Positions 37,180 through 48,480 of a stretch of 64,000 nt of DNA are shown piece after piece. A program made the position numbers and the translations under genes. This DNA comes from Vicugna vicugna (Eukaryota). How positions within the stretch are numbered: the first letter of the stretch is position 1; each line of letters starts with the position of its first letter. The stretch is from the NCBI GenBank assembly GCA_013265495.1, contig MU062665.1, forward strand, positions 1,283,541-1,347,540, given 5' to 3'. The notes under the pieces were generated by a model. It worked only from the letters and a program-made list of their open reading frames with translations. It was not told where the DNA came from and made no database searches.

Positions 37180-37860
37180 CTCATTTTACTCATAATAGGA
37201 GAATTACAAATTAAAGCAACAGTGAAATCCATTTTTGACCTATCAAATTGGCAAAGATCAGAAAGTTTGACAATATGTTATAGGTAAGAGTATACAGTAG
37301 GGTAACTTCTTTGGAGAGCAATTTTACAATATCTGTGAAAACGTAAAATGCACATTCCATTTAACCCATCAATTCCACTCCTAGGAACTAGCTTACAGAT
37401 ATACTCACACATGAATTGAAAGCAAAATACAGAAGGGTATCAAATACAGGTGATAGTAATACCAAACGATTTGCAACACCCTAAACGTCTATTAGGAAGG
37501 ACAGGATTAAATAGATTATAGCACATTCATATAATGGAATACTAAGAGGCAGTTTAAAAGACTGAGGCAGCTCCAGATTATACGTGGATCTTCAATACAT
37601 TGAAAATGAAAAATATCAGGAGTAGAACAGTATATTAGTGCATGACCATTTGTGTAAACAAATATATATATATATATGCTTCCATATATATAGAATAGAA
37701 CTCTCTAGAAGGACATACAAAACCCAGTAGCAGTGGTGGCTTCTGGAGAGGGGACGGGGGTAGGACAACAGCAAGCATGGGAAGGAGTCTCACTCTTCAC
37801 TGCACACCCTTCGGGGTTTTTTTAAACTTTTTACTATGGGAATGTGTTAGCTACTTATGA
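37180..37860 (+). mobile_element. Old L1ME-type ORF2 end / 3'UTR fragment
   Basis: caaattaaagcaacagtgaaatcc...cctatcaaattggcaaagatc...aattccactcctagga. Confidence 0.7.
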
Positions 37861-38504
37861 ATGTATTTCCTTACATTTAAGTGTTTAGGATTGTGCTGGC
37901 ACACATTAAATGCTCAATAAATGTTACCTACTCTTGTTATTGTTCCTTCACTATTACTCTGGCCTACATTTCAACTCTTATCTTTCACTACATCATTGCA
38001 GATACCTTTTCACAATGCCAAAGTGAACCGTCACCAGTCTTCAAATATCCCCTATGCTTTGCTATTTCCATACTTATATTCATGTACTTACCTACTCTTT
38101 GAAGTTCCCTTTTCCATCTCTGCTGGTTGAAATTCACCCAGTTCAAATACCATCTCCTCCTGAGTTATACAATAGCTGTGCAATCTTGAGAAATTTATGT
38201 AACTGCTTAAGCCTCAGTTTTCACATCTGTTAAATGGGAGATAATAGAAACTGTAAGGATTAAATGTGATAAGTGAATCTACTCATGCATTTACCCAACA
38301 TACAGTTCCTTTTTTTTCTTTTTGAAGAGTTCAGATTTTAAATGATAAGAAATAAGGAACCATTTTAACATATTAATATATTTTTATTTTTAAATGGCTA
38401 TCAGTAATTTTTTTCTTAAAGCTTAGTGGCTCAAAGAAGTTGAAGCCTAAAAGAAACTTAATTGGAGATACTATTAAAAAAAGACAACAACAAAAAATAA
38501 ATCA

Positions 38505-38655
38505 GAAAATATAGCCATGATAAACAAGGTCATACTGTATAGCACAGGGAACCACATTCAACACTCTGCAAAGGCCTGCAATGGAAAAGAATATGGAAAG
38601 GAACACACGCATATGCATACATGAATCACTATGCTGTACACCAGAAACTAACGCA
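38505..38655 (+). mobile_element. Cetartiodactyl-type L1 3' tail fragment
   Basis: aacaaggtcatactgtatagcacagggaac...gctgtacaccagaaactaacgcaacac. Confidence 0.8.
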
Positions 38656-40359
38656 ACACCGCATTCAGTGCTTGATCACAGACTTTGTGCAGGTGCTGTG
38701 ACATACACAAGGGCTTAAACCATGACAAACTTGACAGTATCTCTGAAGATACTGCATGAAGCTCATAGTTTAGAAAGGAAATTTCCATACTGTTAATAGA
38801 TGCTATGGCACAGGGTGTGGAAGCACAGAGGAGGGGCACCTGCCCCCAGGAGGCAAACACTCAGGGAAGAAAGAGTTACGTTCAAAGAAAAGTTGGAAAC
38901 AAGATTGGATTTTAACTTCGAGTGACCTCAAAGAAGTCATAAGCAGGGAGCAGCAGAGAGTTTAGAAAGACTAGTCTTGGCACCACTCACGCTTGTGACC
39001 ATCTTGAGTCCCTGGTCTCTGTGCTTCTGATAATCAAAGGCAATTCACAGAAAGGAGCCAGCGTTCCTCCTGCCCTGAGCCCGGAGCTCTCCAGGAAGCC
39101 CTGAGCCTATCAGCCTCCATGACCCCAAGCCCTCCAGACTATAATACAGAAAAACTAACTTCTTAACTGAAGAATCCAGCAGCTTTCCAAATAGCGTTGC
39201 AGGGAGAAATAAAAGTTTAATTCAGATGTTCCCTTGTCCCAGCCATGGGACACTGCCTTCCAGAACTAACAGTACCAAAGGGCAGTGCCTCCACTACCCC
39301 CAACCTGCCCACTCCTTCCAGGGGTGCCCTCCCCTGCCTGAGTTCTCTCTCCTCCCTCTGGTCACCCCACCAGGGCCCCCATGTCAAAACTTTCTCCAAG
39401 CCTCTCAATCAGGTGACCCCCACTGCTCTGCCTGGGACCAGTCGTCCCTCACCTCTCAGGAGGGAGTTTCTTCCTCTGGCTCCTCAGAGCACTTGAACCT
39501 CATCAAGCAAGGCCTCAGGTGTGACCCAGGTGTGAGCTGAACCTCTCCCCTCAGACCGTAGCAACCAGAGGAGTAGTTTTGCTGCCGGAAGAAAATGTTA
39601 GGTGATTAGAGTCTCCCCGCTGGTGAGAGATGTCATCAGTGAAGAAGGTGTAACTTGTAAACAACAATCATTCACTTTATTTGACTAATTCTCTGTAAAG
39701 GAAAGAACATTTCTCCTATTAGCCGGGTTTGGGCTCTAGCCTTTATGGACCACCACTCCCACCAACCCTGTCCATCATGATGCTGAGAAATGTTTTCTTT
39801 TTACAACTGAGGCCTAAAAGATTTATGAAAACAACCACTTGAACTAGTTGGAAGAACAGCTGGTTCCGGAAAGATCCAACAAGATCCTTTTTACCCTAGA
39901 TGCCCTTCTGATGGAGATGAAGAGGATAATTTGCAGGCTCACACAGTCGCAAGTTGAATACTTTCAAGAATTTAATTTTGGTTCGCCTTTTTTGAGAAAA
40001 AGTCAAACACACACACACCCCCAAAACCAAAAGGTAAACAAATAAACAAAAAAAATCCACCTGTGAGCCAAAAACGAAACTCTGTGGTTCTCCAAAGAAT
40101 CATGGAGGAAGCCCGAGGGTCTCCACACGGCGTCTGTAACTACGCCCTGCTGAGACAATAGGTAAGGGAGGCTTTCTTTAGTTTTGATCAAGCGGTATGA
40201 ACTGGAGATGTGGCCAGGTTTCACAGCACACAGAATCACACGTTGTCCCAGTGGCACCCGCCTGGGTAGGTGGGGAGACCCACACCCGGAGGCCCCGGTC
40301 TGCCTTTTGAGGTGGGGAAACCCAAAGCCTCTCTGAGCATGTGCAAGGCAACAGATTTA

Positions 40360-40378
40360 TGCTGCCCTCTGCTGGTGA
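40360..40378 (-). promoter_or_regulatory. CTCF core motif
   Basis: Reverse complement tcaCCAGCAGAGGGCAGca fits CCASYAGRKGGCRS at all 14 positions; lies in a CpG-enriched patch not recognised as a repeat. Motif only, no binding data. Confidence 0.6.
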
Positions 40379-41619
40379 GCAGCTCTACTGCAATTGTTTT
40401 CTTACAAGGGGAACCGCCTGGGTAGGTTGACCACTACCTGGCTCCCGCGCTCATTTCCTAGCAGCCTCAAGAAGAGATAACCTCCTAAACTTGGAAGTTG
40501 AGAGGGGTGGGGCTGAGGTGGGAGTGGCGCGGGGGAGACTACAGACCAGGAGAAGCGAAAAGACCACAAACCAGGGATATGTTGCTATTAGAAGCCAATA
40601 TAGCCCACGGGGTTATCTGTATATTTGCTTTGTGAAGGGAAATTTTCATTCCAACTCTCTTATGACATTTCAGTTGCTTAGTACTGAATGCATTCCATGA
40701 TGTATTCAGAAAATGCATTTCACTAATGCCTCCCTAATTCATGGGTGCTGCTGTTTTACCAGCCACCATGATCCTTAATCAGTGGAGTTGTATAGTATGT
40801 NNNNNNNNNNNNNNNNNNNNNNNNNNNNNNNNNNNNNNNNNNNNNNNNNNNNNNNNNNNNNNNNNNNNNNNNNNNNNNNNNNNNNNNNNNNNNNNNNNNN
40901 NNNNNNNNNNNNNNNNNNNNNNNNNNNNNNNNNNNNNNNNNNNNNNNNNNNNNNNNNNNNNNNNNNNNNNNNNNNNNNNNNNNNNNNNNNNNNNNNNNNN
41001 NNNNNNNNNNNNATAAACTCACCCATTTTAGGCTTTTAAACTGTAAATATGAAGTACTTGAATTTGATCAGTGATGAGATACATAAGTGAGTTTTCCCAA
41101 GCGGAGTGCTGTGTGTGACCTGATAGCCTGTTAGAACCCTGCGGAGATCACCTGTCGCTTATTTGCAGACTTGGTGAGGGCGGCCGTGGGGCCGCTGGCT
41201 GGTGTTTGGCAGAGCTAATATGAGATGCTCGTCCAGCCTCCAGCCTAGAGGCAGGTCCGTCTGAGCAAAGAGAAAACTGGGTACTTTCATTGACTGCATT
41301 TTCCCCCAGGTTTTCACCGTAACTACATGCATGCTTGTTTGACTCCCTGAGAACAGCCCTCAGTGCAAGGCTGTGCCTGGGAGAAAACTTACATCAGTTT
41401 TGATTATGGATCAAAAATACATTTTGGAGGCAACGTGCCTGTCAAATTTGCATTCATCTTAACTAATCCACCAACAATTTGCCACTTTTTATTCAAATTG
41501 CCATCAATATAGTGAACTAATATGATGTTCTGTGGAACGGCCTTATATTCCAGGTAACTTCAGATTATATTATGATAGAGGGTTGAGAGTTAACCTAATA
41601 TTTGGCCAAGAATGTAAAT

Positions 41620-43992
41620 GTACACCATTATCTGCCCCACATAAATGCACACCACCTTGATCCCACAAGCTAGGTCACTGGCTTCGTACAATGTACTAGG
41701 CTGTGTTAATCTCCTCTAGCAAGGACACTGCCTCTCACAGAGCAGCCCCGTTGGGATAACGATGTGGTTCAGTTTGCCACAGTCCACTGTCGTCTTCTAG
41801 AATCCACCTACTTTTTGTGCTGAGCCAGACTTGGGAATTAAGTGGGGATATGACAGGGGCCACTACCCCTGCATCCTTTACATCTCTAATGGAAACAATG
41901 TCTCTGCCATTCTCCCCAAATGTAATAATGCTGGTGATCAATAGCTTGGCAGGTGGGGAAGCAGGTTCAGAGGCGTCCACTTGGCCTTTCCAACTATGAT
42001 AGATCTTCCTCTGTGGAAGAATGAACCGAAGTGAAGGTTCTTCCAACATCCAAATATGTTCATTACAAATAAACATTCAATGATTAACAAAATGACCACT
42101 GGCTAGATCTCAGTTCCTGGTCAGGACCCCATGCTTTCTCTGGTTTTAACAGTCTCTGCTAATGAGAGGGTTATTCAGACATTTCAGGTCTCCAGGTATC
42201 AGTATCAACTGAAACCCTGTGTCCAGCTGTCTGGAAATGTGTTCCCCATTATCCACTCTACAGTTAGCTTAGTAAGTGGCCATGGGTCCCCCTGGGGAAA
42301 AACCAGGGGGATCACTACTACTTACACCAGCCATGGTGCTGCAGCCTCATAGACTCTCACTCAGCGATTGGACTCAGGGTCCGAGAACTGGCTTAGGAAA
42401 CAAGGCAGAGGATCATGTTTTTTTTGTTTTGTTTTGTTTTGTTTTAATTTTATTGGGGTGGCTGCTCTTAGCTTCTTGATTATTCATCCTTGATTTTTTT
42501 TTTTGAGTATATAAATTAAGACATATCTTGTCAGCTGCCCATCCATGCTGCCACTGGGAACACCACATTCTATTAACCGTATCTTTTGCTCTCCAAATGT
42601 CAGACCATGCTGGCTGCCTCGCCAACATGATTCAGTATAAGAACTGTGTTCACCTGGCTTTTGACAGTTAAGTGCCCCTACCTCGCCTCTATACTTGTAG
42701 GATATTATCAGCCCCATTGTACTGTTACCAGTTTTGTAGTGAATTTCCTACCATGAGCCATAGCCTACAGAGGACAGCCATTCCTGAGCTTCTCAGTAAT
42801 AATGCTAGTGGCCTCCCCACCCCAGGCACATTCCTTATCACTTTGGTAAACAGAGCGTCTTCCAGGCCTCATCTGTCAGTGCCTTTTTCCAGTCTTACGC
42901 AGTGCGTCTGTTCTGGCATGCCCACTTCTGTGGGTGTGTCTGCCACGGACTTCTCATTTACCATGGGCTCTTGCTTTTTCCAGGCTTCCTAGAGGTCCCT
43001 GTCAGGAATAAAAATCTATGTCCCAGGTGGGTCCTAATAAACTCTTCTCAGTACTGATAAAGTCCTCTCTGTCCACCTTGACATTCCACCCCCATTTTAT
43101 CCAGAACCTTCAAGATGCACTCTCATAATACTGTCCCGGCTTCTGTTCTGGCTACATCCCACAGGTCCTTCTGCCTCTAACCCCTTTCCTCCCTTATAGC
43201 CCCAGCACGCCCCCAGCTGGGTTAGGCTGTGACTTGATACGAGTTCTTAGTCTGGTGGCCAGGAGGGAAGGTGAGTGCAGATCTTGAGCAGGACTTGTGT
43301 GATCTAGCAAGTGGAGACCTTGGCGTCATCCTCGGGGCAGTGGTGGGGTCGGGGTGTGGCATGGACTCTAGCATTAGCTGTTGGCAGGGAGGGGTGGTTC
43401 CTGTGCACAGGTGTAGAGGCTTCAGACTCGTCTGTGTTTTGAAAGTTCTTGAGTGCAGTGACCCAGGTATCCCCATCTCAAGTCCCAGGATCCCACTCCT
43501 TCTCAGCCAGGACCCTGATTTTGGTGTAGGAGACTTGCTGGAGTTAAGAGTCAACCTTCTTCTACCCTTAAAATTAAGCCCTGCTTCTGACCCTCAGCAT
43601 TTCCTGCTCTCCAGGTGTAGGAATAGCCAAGACAGCCCTCTGACTTTCACACTTTGCCTTAAGTTGGTGATTAACGATCCCTCTGCTTTTCGTTGTCTTT
43701 CTCAAATATATTGATAATAGCCAGCAATAGTCAATGGACTCCGTAGTCCTTATAAGGAGCACTTTTCCAGTTCCTCTCAAACACCTGAGATTTTGTACCT
43801 GTCAGTATCTTCCCTTCTACTGGCATCTCCAGTTCACCACCTGTGAAAGTTCTAGCAGTTGTTTGCCATAGCATGCCAGGCCTGTTGTCTTTCAGTTACC
43901 ACCCATGATGGGGTCCTGATTACCAGCTGGACAGTGCAGAAACCAGCCTCGAAACCCTATGGTACAGTTTCCTAGAACCATTCCTGGTGTCA
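41620..43992 (-). mobile_element. ERVL (HERV16/ERV3-16A3-like) internal 5' half: PBS region, gag, pro, start of RT; decayed
   Basis: Protease LDTGF (Asp codon 42221-42223); RT N-terminus RDVKDAGVVAPVISPLNS (ORF 41735-42076); ERVL-type leader (rc of ttcctagaaccattcctggtgtca) next to the LTR. Confidence 0.8.
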
Positions 43993-45220
43993 ACTGTCTT
44001 AAGTCAGGTTCCTGAGAAATTAACTCTGATAGAGATTTGCTTGCAGGATGTATATTGGGGAACTGATTGAAATAACACCTGTAGGATTCAAAAGTCCATA
44101 AATGATAAATGCTGGAGAGGGTGTGGTGGGAGTGCAGTTTGGTGCAGCCACTGTGGAAAACAGTATGGAGATTCCTTAAAAGACTAAAAATAGATTTACC
44201 ATATGACCCAGGAATCCCGCTCCTAGGCATATATCCAGAACAAATCCTAATTCAAAAANNNNNNNNNNNNNNNNNNNNNNNNNNNNNNNNNNNNNNNNNN
44301 NNNNNNNNNNNNNNNNNNNNNNNNNNNNNNNNNNNNNNNNNNNNNNNNNNNNNNNNNNNNNNNNNNNNNNNNNNNNNNNNNNNNNNNNNNNNNNNNNNNN
44401 NNNNNNNNNNNNNNTTGCAGCAACATGGATGTCCCTGGAGAATGTCATTCTAAGTGAAGTAAACCAGAAAGAGAAAGAGAAATACCATATGAGATCATTC
44501 ATACGTGGAATCTAAAAAAAAAAAAGAACAAGACAAATGAACTTAAATATAAAACAGAAACACTGACAGACATAGAATACAAGCCTGTGTTTGCCAGGGG
44601 GGCGAGGGGTGGGAAGGGACAGACTGGGAGTTTGAGATTTGTAGATACTGACATGTTTGTATAGAATAGATAGACAAGTTCATACTGTATAGCACAGGGA
44701 GCTATATATAAGATCTTATAGTAGCTCAAGGTGAAAAAGAACATGAAAATGAATATATGTATGTTCATGTATGACTGAAAAATTGTGCTGTAGACCAGAA
44801 ATTGACACAACATTGNNNNNNNNNNNNNNNNNNNNNNNNNNNNNNNNNNNNNNNNNNNNNNNNNNNNNNNNNNNNNNNNNNNNNNNNNNNNNNNNNNNNN
44901 NNNNNNNNNNNNNNNNNNNNNNNNNNNNNNNNNNNNNNNNNNNNNNNNNNNNNNNNNNNNNNNNNNNNNNNNNNNNNNNNNNNNNNNNNNNNNNNNNNNN
45001 NNNAAAGTGAGGAAAGCAGGATTGGGCAGAAGAGAAATGGAACTACAATGTAGGTGCAGTAGAGAGCTCAGCCAGTCCCTGAGAGGGTTCTGGTGCTGGG
45101 GTGGCCAGTCTGAGTCATCCCAAATTGAGGCCAAGGGACTAGGGTTTTGTAGCACTACACCAGATGTGGACTGGCCCCAGGGAGCGGGTGTAACATTGGG
45201 TAAGATAGCTTCCTTTGGCT
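43993..45220 (-). mobile_element. LTR16-type 5' LTR of that provirus, split by a young L1
   Basis: tgtcttaagtcaggttcctgagaa... is the antisense LTR16 end; continues after 45003 (agtgaggaaagcaggattgggcag...). Confidence 0.7.
44091..44830 (+). mobile_element. Young L1 3' fragment (ORF2 C-terminus and 3'UTR), partly masked by Ns
   Basis: ORF 44109 translates ...[33 protein letters not shown] (L1 ORF2 C-terminus); same 3'UTR as the other young copies. Right end hidden in the N-run. Confidence 0.9.
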
Positions 45221-45221
45221 G

Positions 45222-45430
45222 GGTCAGGATTTCATCACTGTGGCACTGCTGACATTTTGGACCAGATAATTCCTTGTTGGAGGAGAGAGCTGTCTTGTGC
45301 ATTATAGGTTGGTTAACAGCATCCCTGGGCTCTACCTGCCAAATGCTAGTGGCATTTTCCTTTCTCACCACCCGCCAATTATAATGCCCCTGGAGATTGC
45401 CAAATGTTTCCTGGGGGCATAACTGCCCCC
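45222..45430. mobile_element. MER20 hAT-Charlie MITE
   Basis: ggcactgctgacattttggaccagataattc...ttgccaaatgtttcctgggggcataactgccccc...gagtcactg. Confidence 0.85.
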
Positions 45431-45579
45431 AGCGAGAGTCACTGAGCTGAGCGCATGGTCACACAAAGAATGCAGCTGTGAGCAATTAGCGGTCAACACT
45501 CCTGGAAGTTGGGGGAACCGTGCCTGGAAGTACCCGCTACATGCCCCATGCTCAATCAATCCATCAACAAACAACTCTA

Positions 45580-46850
45580 GGAGGAAAATAGATATATCTC
45601 AAATCATTTAAGATTTTAATACTTAAATCTTTAATCCATTTGGAATTTATTTTGGTGATATGAGGTAGGAAACTAATTGCATTTTTTTTCAAAAATTGCA
45701 ATTGTCTGATTTTTTAATTGAATAGATCATTATTTCCTTGCTAATCTGAAATGTCTCTCAACTTACTGTAATTTTCAGGATATACATGGGTCTGTTTTTA
45801 GAATTCTCATTCATTTCTGAAGATCCAAGATTCATGTATCTATTCTGGTATCAATACCTAGCTATTCTAAAATTATGAAGTTATGTTTCTTTTCTGTATG
45901 AGTATTGTTCTTTCTCAGAATTTCTCTTGACTACTATCACCCATTTATTCTTCCAGATAAAACTTAACATTTAACTTATGAATCCTGTAATCTCTAAAAA
46001 CAATGATTTGGATGTTTATTAAAACTGTATTACATTTATAGACCATTTCAGAGAGTGTTGATATATTTACAATATGAAGTTTTTCCCTCTAGGAACCTGG
46101 TATTTCTCTCCAATTATTCAATTTTTATTTTATATATTTCAGTCAAGTTTTGTCATTTTCTTCAATACAGAGGCTGGTGTACACTTGCACATGTAGGGGG
46201 GTGTACTGTGCATATTTTTTTGACATTTTGATATTTTTGATGTTTTACCAGAAAATGATTGATGTTTATGTTTTTATTGTGTATCTGTCCCTCTTACTGA
46301 ATTTTATTAGTCTAATTGCTTTAAAAATTTTTTAATTGAAGTATAGTCAGTTATAATGTGTCGATTTCTGTTGTACTAGATAAAGAAGTTGTGGTATATT
46401 TATACAACGGAATACTATTCAGCCATAAAAAAGAATAAAATAACGCCATTTGCAGCAATATGGTTGGACCAAGAGATCGTCATTCTAAGTGAAGTAAGCC
46501 AGAAAGAGAAAGAAAAATACTACGTGATATCACACATATGTGGGGGAAAATTGTTTTTAGATAATTTTTTTAGACTAAATAAAAATATCATCCTTCCCTT
46601 TGCAAACTTTATACATGTTTTTTTTCTTGTGTGTTGCCAGGATCCTCCAGAAGAGTGCCACATTTGTTTCCTTCCTGACTTTAAAAGGAAAGCCTCTAAT
46701 GCTTTTTATTGTTAAGTTTGATATCTGTGGTTCCTTTCTGATAAATGCTCTACATCATCTTATCAACATTTTCTTCTCTTTCTAGTTTATTAGGGATTTT
46801 AATACAAATGAATATTAAATTTGATCAATTGCCATTGGGATATTAATAAA
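45580..46850 (-). mobile_element. Old L1M ORF2 fragment, interrupted by a young inverted L1
   Basis: Antisense ORF2 motifs (ctttaatccatttggaatttattttggtg...gatatttacaatatgaagt). Confidence 0.7.
46323..46548. mobile_element. Young L1 fragment with 5' inversion (twin-priming structure)
   Basis: Antisense L1 terminus to 46376 fused to a sense upstream L1 segment 46377-46543; imperfect TSD aattgYttt at 46314-46322 and 46549-46557. Confidence 0.75.
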
Positions 46851-47994
46851 CTTATTACTGACCCAGAAGGTGGCTGGCAGAGAACCACTCACAGGGGGAA
46901 GAAGTATCCTGAGCATTATCTTGGGAAAGCAATTACCTTTCTGTCTTTCTCAAATGCCTACCAAATATAAACCCTCAAATATGAAAGGACATGTACTCCA
47001 ACCTGGACACTAGTAGGAATAGACTTGTAAGGAACACCGTCGGGAGGGATGGAGAAAGTCCATCGTGCAACCACAGCGCTGTCTGAGGGCAAAGGAACCT
47101 AAGAGATACAGACAGCCATGGCAGCAGCCAAAGATGAAGGAAAAGAGTCATGTCGCAAGAATATTCTTTTGTGAGTACACTGTGTGCCTGGCTCTGGGAC
47201 CAGCGCCGGAGAGAAAATGTGTGCATTTATCACGGCGTTAGATGATGCATCACTTAATAATGCCTGCCACATGTAATCCAGCTCCCCAAACAACTGTTAA
47301 GTTTCAAAACTCCAGGTCCCCTCCTGAGTCTTAGAGTCCATTGCCTGGAGAAAATGAACTTAGAAATTGAGACTGAAGACAGCCCTTTCAAGGAAATAGC
47401 AAATAAAAAGTGAAGTTTCAAGTAATCAATATTAATAGTAGAGTCATCTGGGATGCTGATTCCAAGGCCTAGCATCTCAGGATCAAAGCCTCTGGGTGGG
47501 TCAAGTTTTTCAAAAGCTCCCCAAGTGATTCCTCAGAGAGAATTCCTGATCCACAGTCTAAGTGCAGACGCCTCAAGGCACGAGACCCTGCAGAACCTGG
47601 AACCTTGGCCCGTCTTCACAAACTTACCTCCTTCCACTCACTCCCCATTTGTCATTACAGCTGCACCCAGCTGAATTACTTGTGTTTTGCTGAGACAGGC
47701 CAGGCATGCCCCACATCTGTTCCTCTTCGCACATCACTACCCTTTTCCCCTCTGACTGTTAAAACTCCTGTGTGTCCCACTCGCCTCTTCCTTGAAGCCT
47801 TCCCTGATGATGCGCTCCACCTGGGTGTCTTTCTCCCCTTGGGTGTTCCACAGCACTGTGCACACCCTTCTCTGTCAGCACTCGCCCTGGACTACTGCCC
47901 TATACATACCCTCCTCTCCCCTAGACTGGGCATGTCTGAGAGCAGAGCCTGGGTCTTATTTATTTCAGCATCTTAGCTACTCACTGCAGACCAG

Positions 47995-48480
47995 CGCTGT
48001 CCTATCAAAATTTAATGCAGGCACGGATATAATTTTTAATTTTCTAGTAGCCATAGTAAAAAGTTTAAAAAGAAACAGTGAAATTAATTCTAATATTTGT
48101 ATTTAACTCGATTTATCCAAAATATAACCATGTTAGCATATAATCCATATAAAAAACTATTGAAGGGGGAGGGTATAGTTCAAGTGGTAGACTGTATACT
48201 TAGCATACACAAGGTCCTGGGTTCAATCCCCAGTATCTCTTCTAAAAATAAAATAAATAAATAAAATAAAGCCTAGTTACCTCCACCCCCACCAAAATTC
48301 CCCCAAGTTAAAAAATAAAAATAAAGAACTATTGAGATAGTTTACGGTTTTTTCTCATGCTACATCTTTGAGATTGAAATCAGTGTGTATTTTACACTTA
48401 CACATTCCAAACCAAGCTAGCCACATTCCAAGTTCAATAGACACATGCAGCGGGTGGTTACCATATTGAAAAGCACGGTT
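47995..48480 (+). mobile_element. MER33 hAT-Charlie element, interrupted by a SINE
   Basis: cagcgctgtcc...aattttctagtagccat...aagaaacagtgaaattaatt...gtgtattttacacttac...gctagccacatt. Confidence 0.85.
48165..48326 (+). mobile_element. Full-length camelid-type tRNA-derived SINE with TSD
   Basis: A box (tagttcaagtgg), B box (ggttcaatcccc), A-rich tail with cctagttacctcc; TSD aactattga at 48155-48163 and 48327-48335. Confidence 0.88.

Noticed and set aside
37020-37180. Extremely AT-rich tract
   Set aside because: Low-complexity stretch within old L1 remnants.
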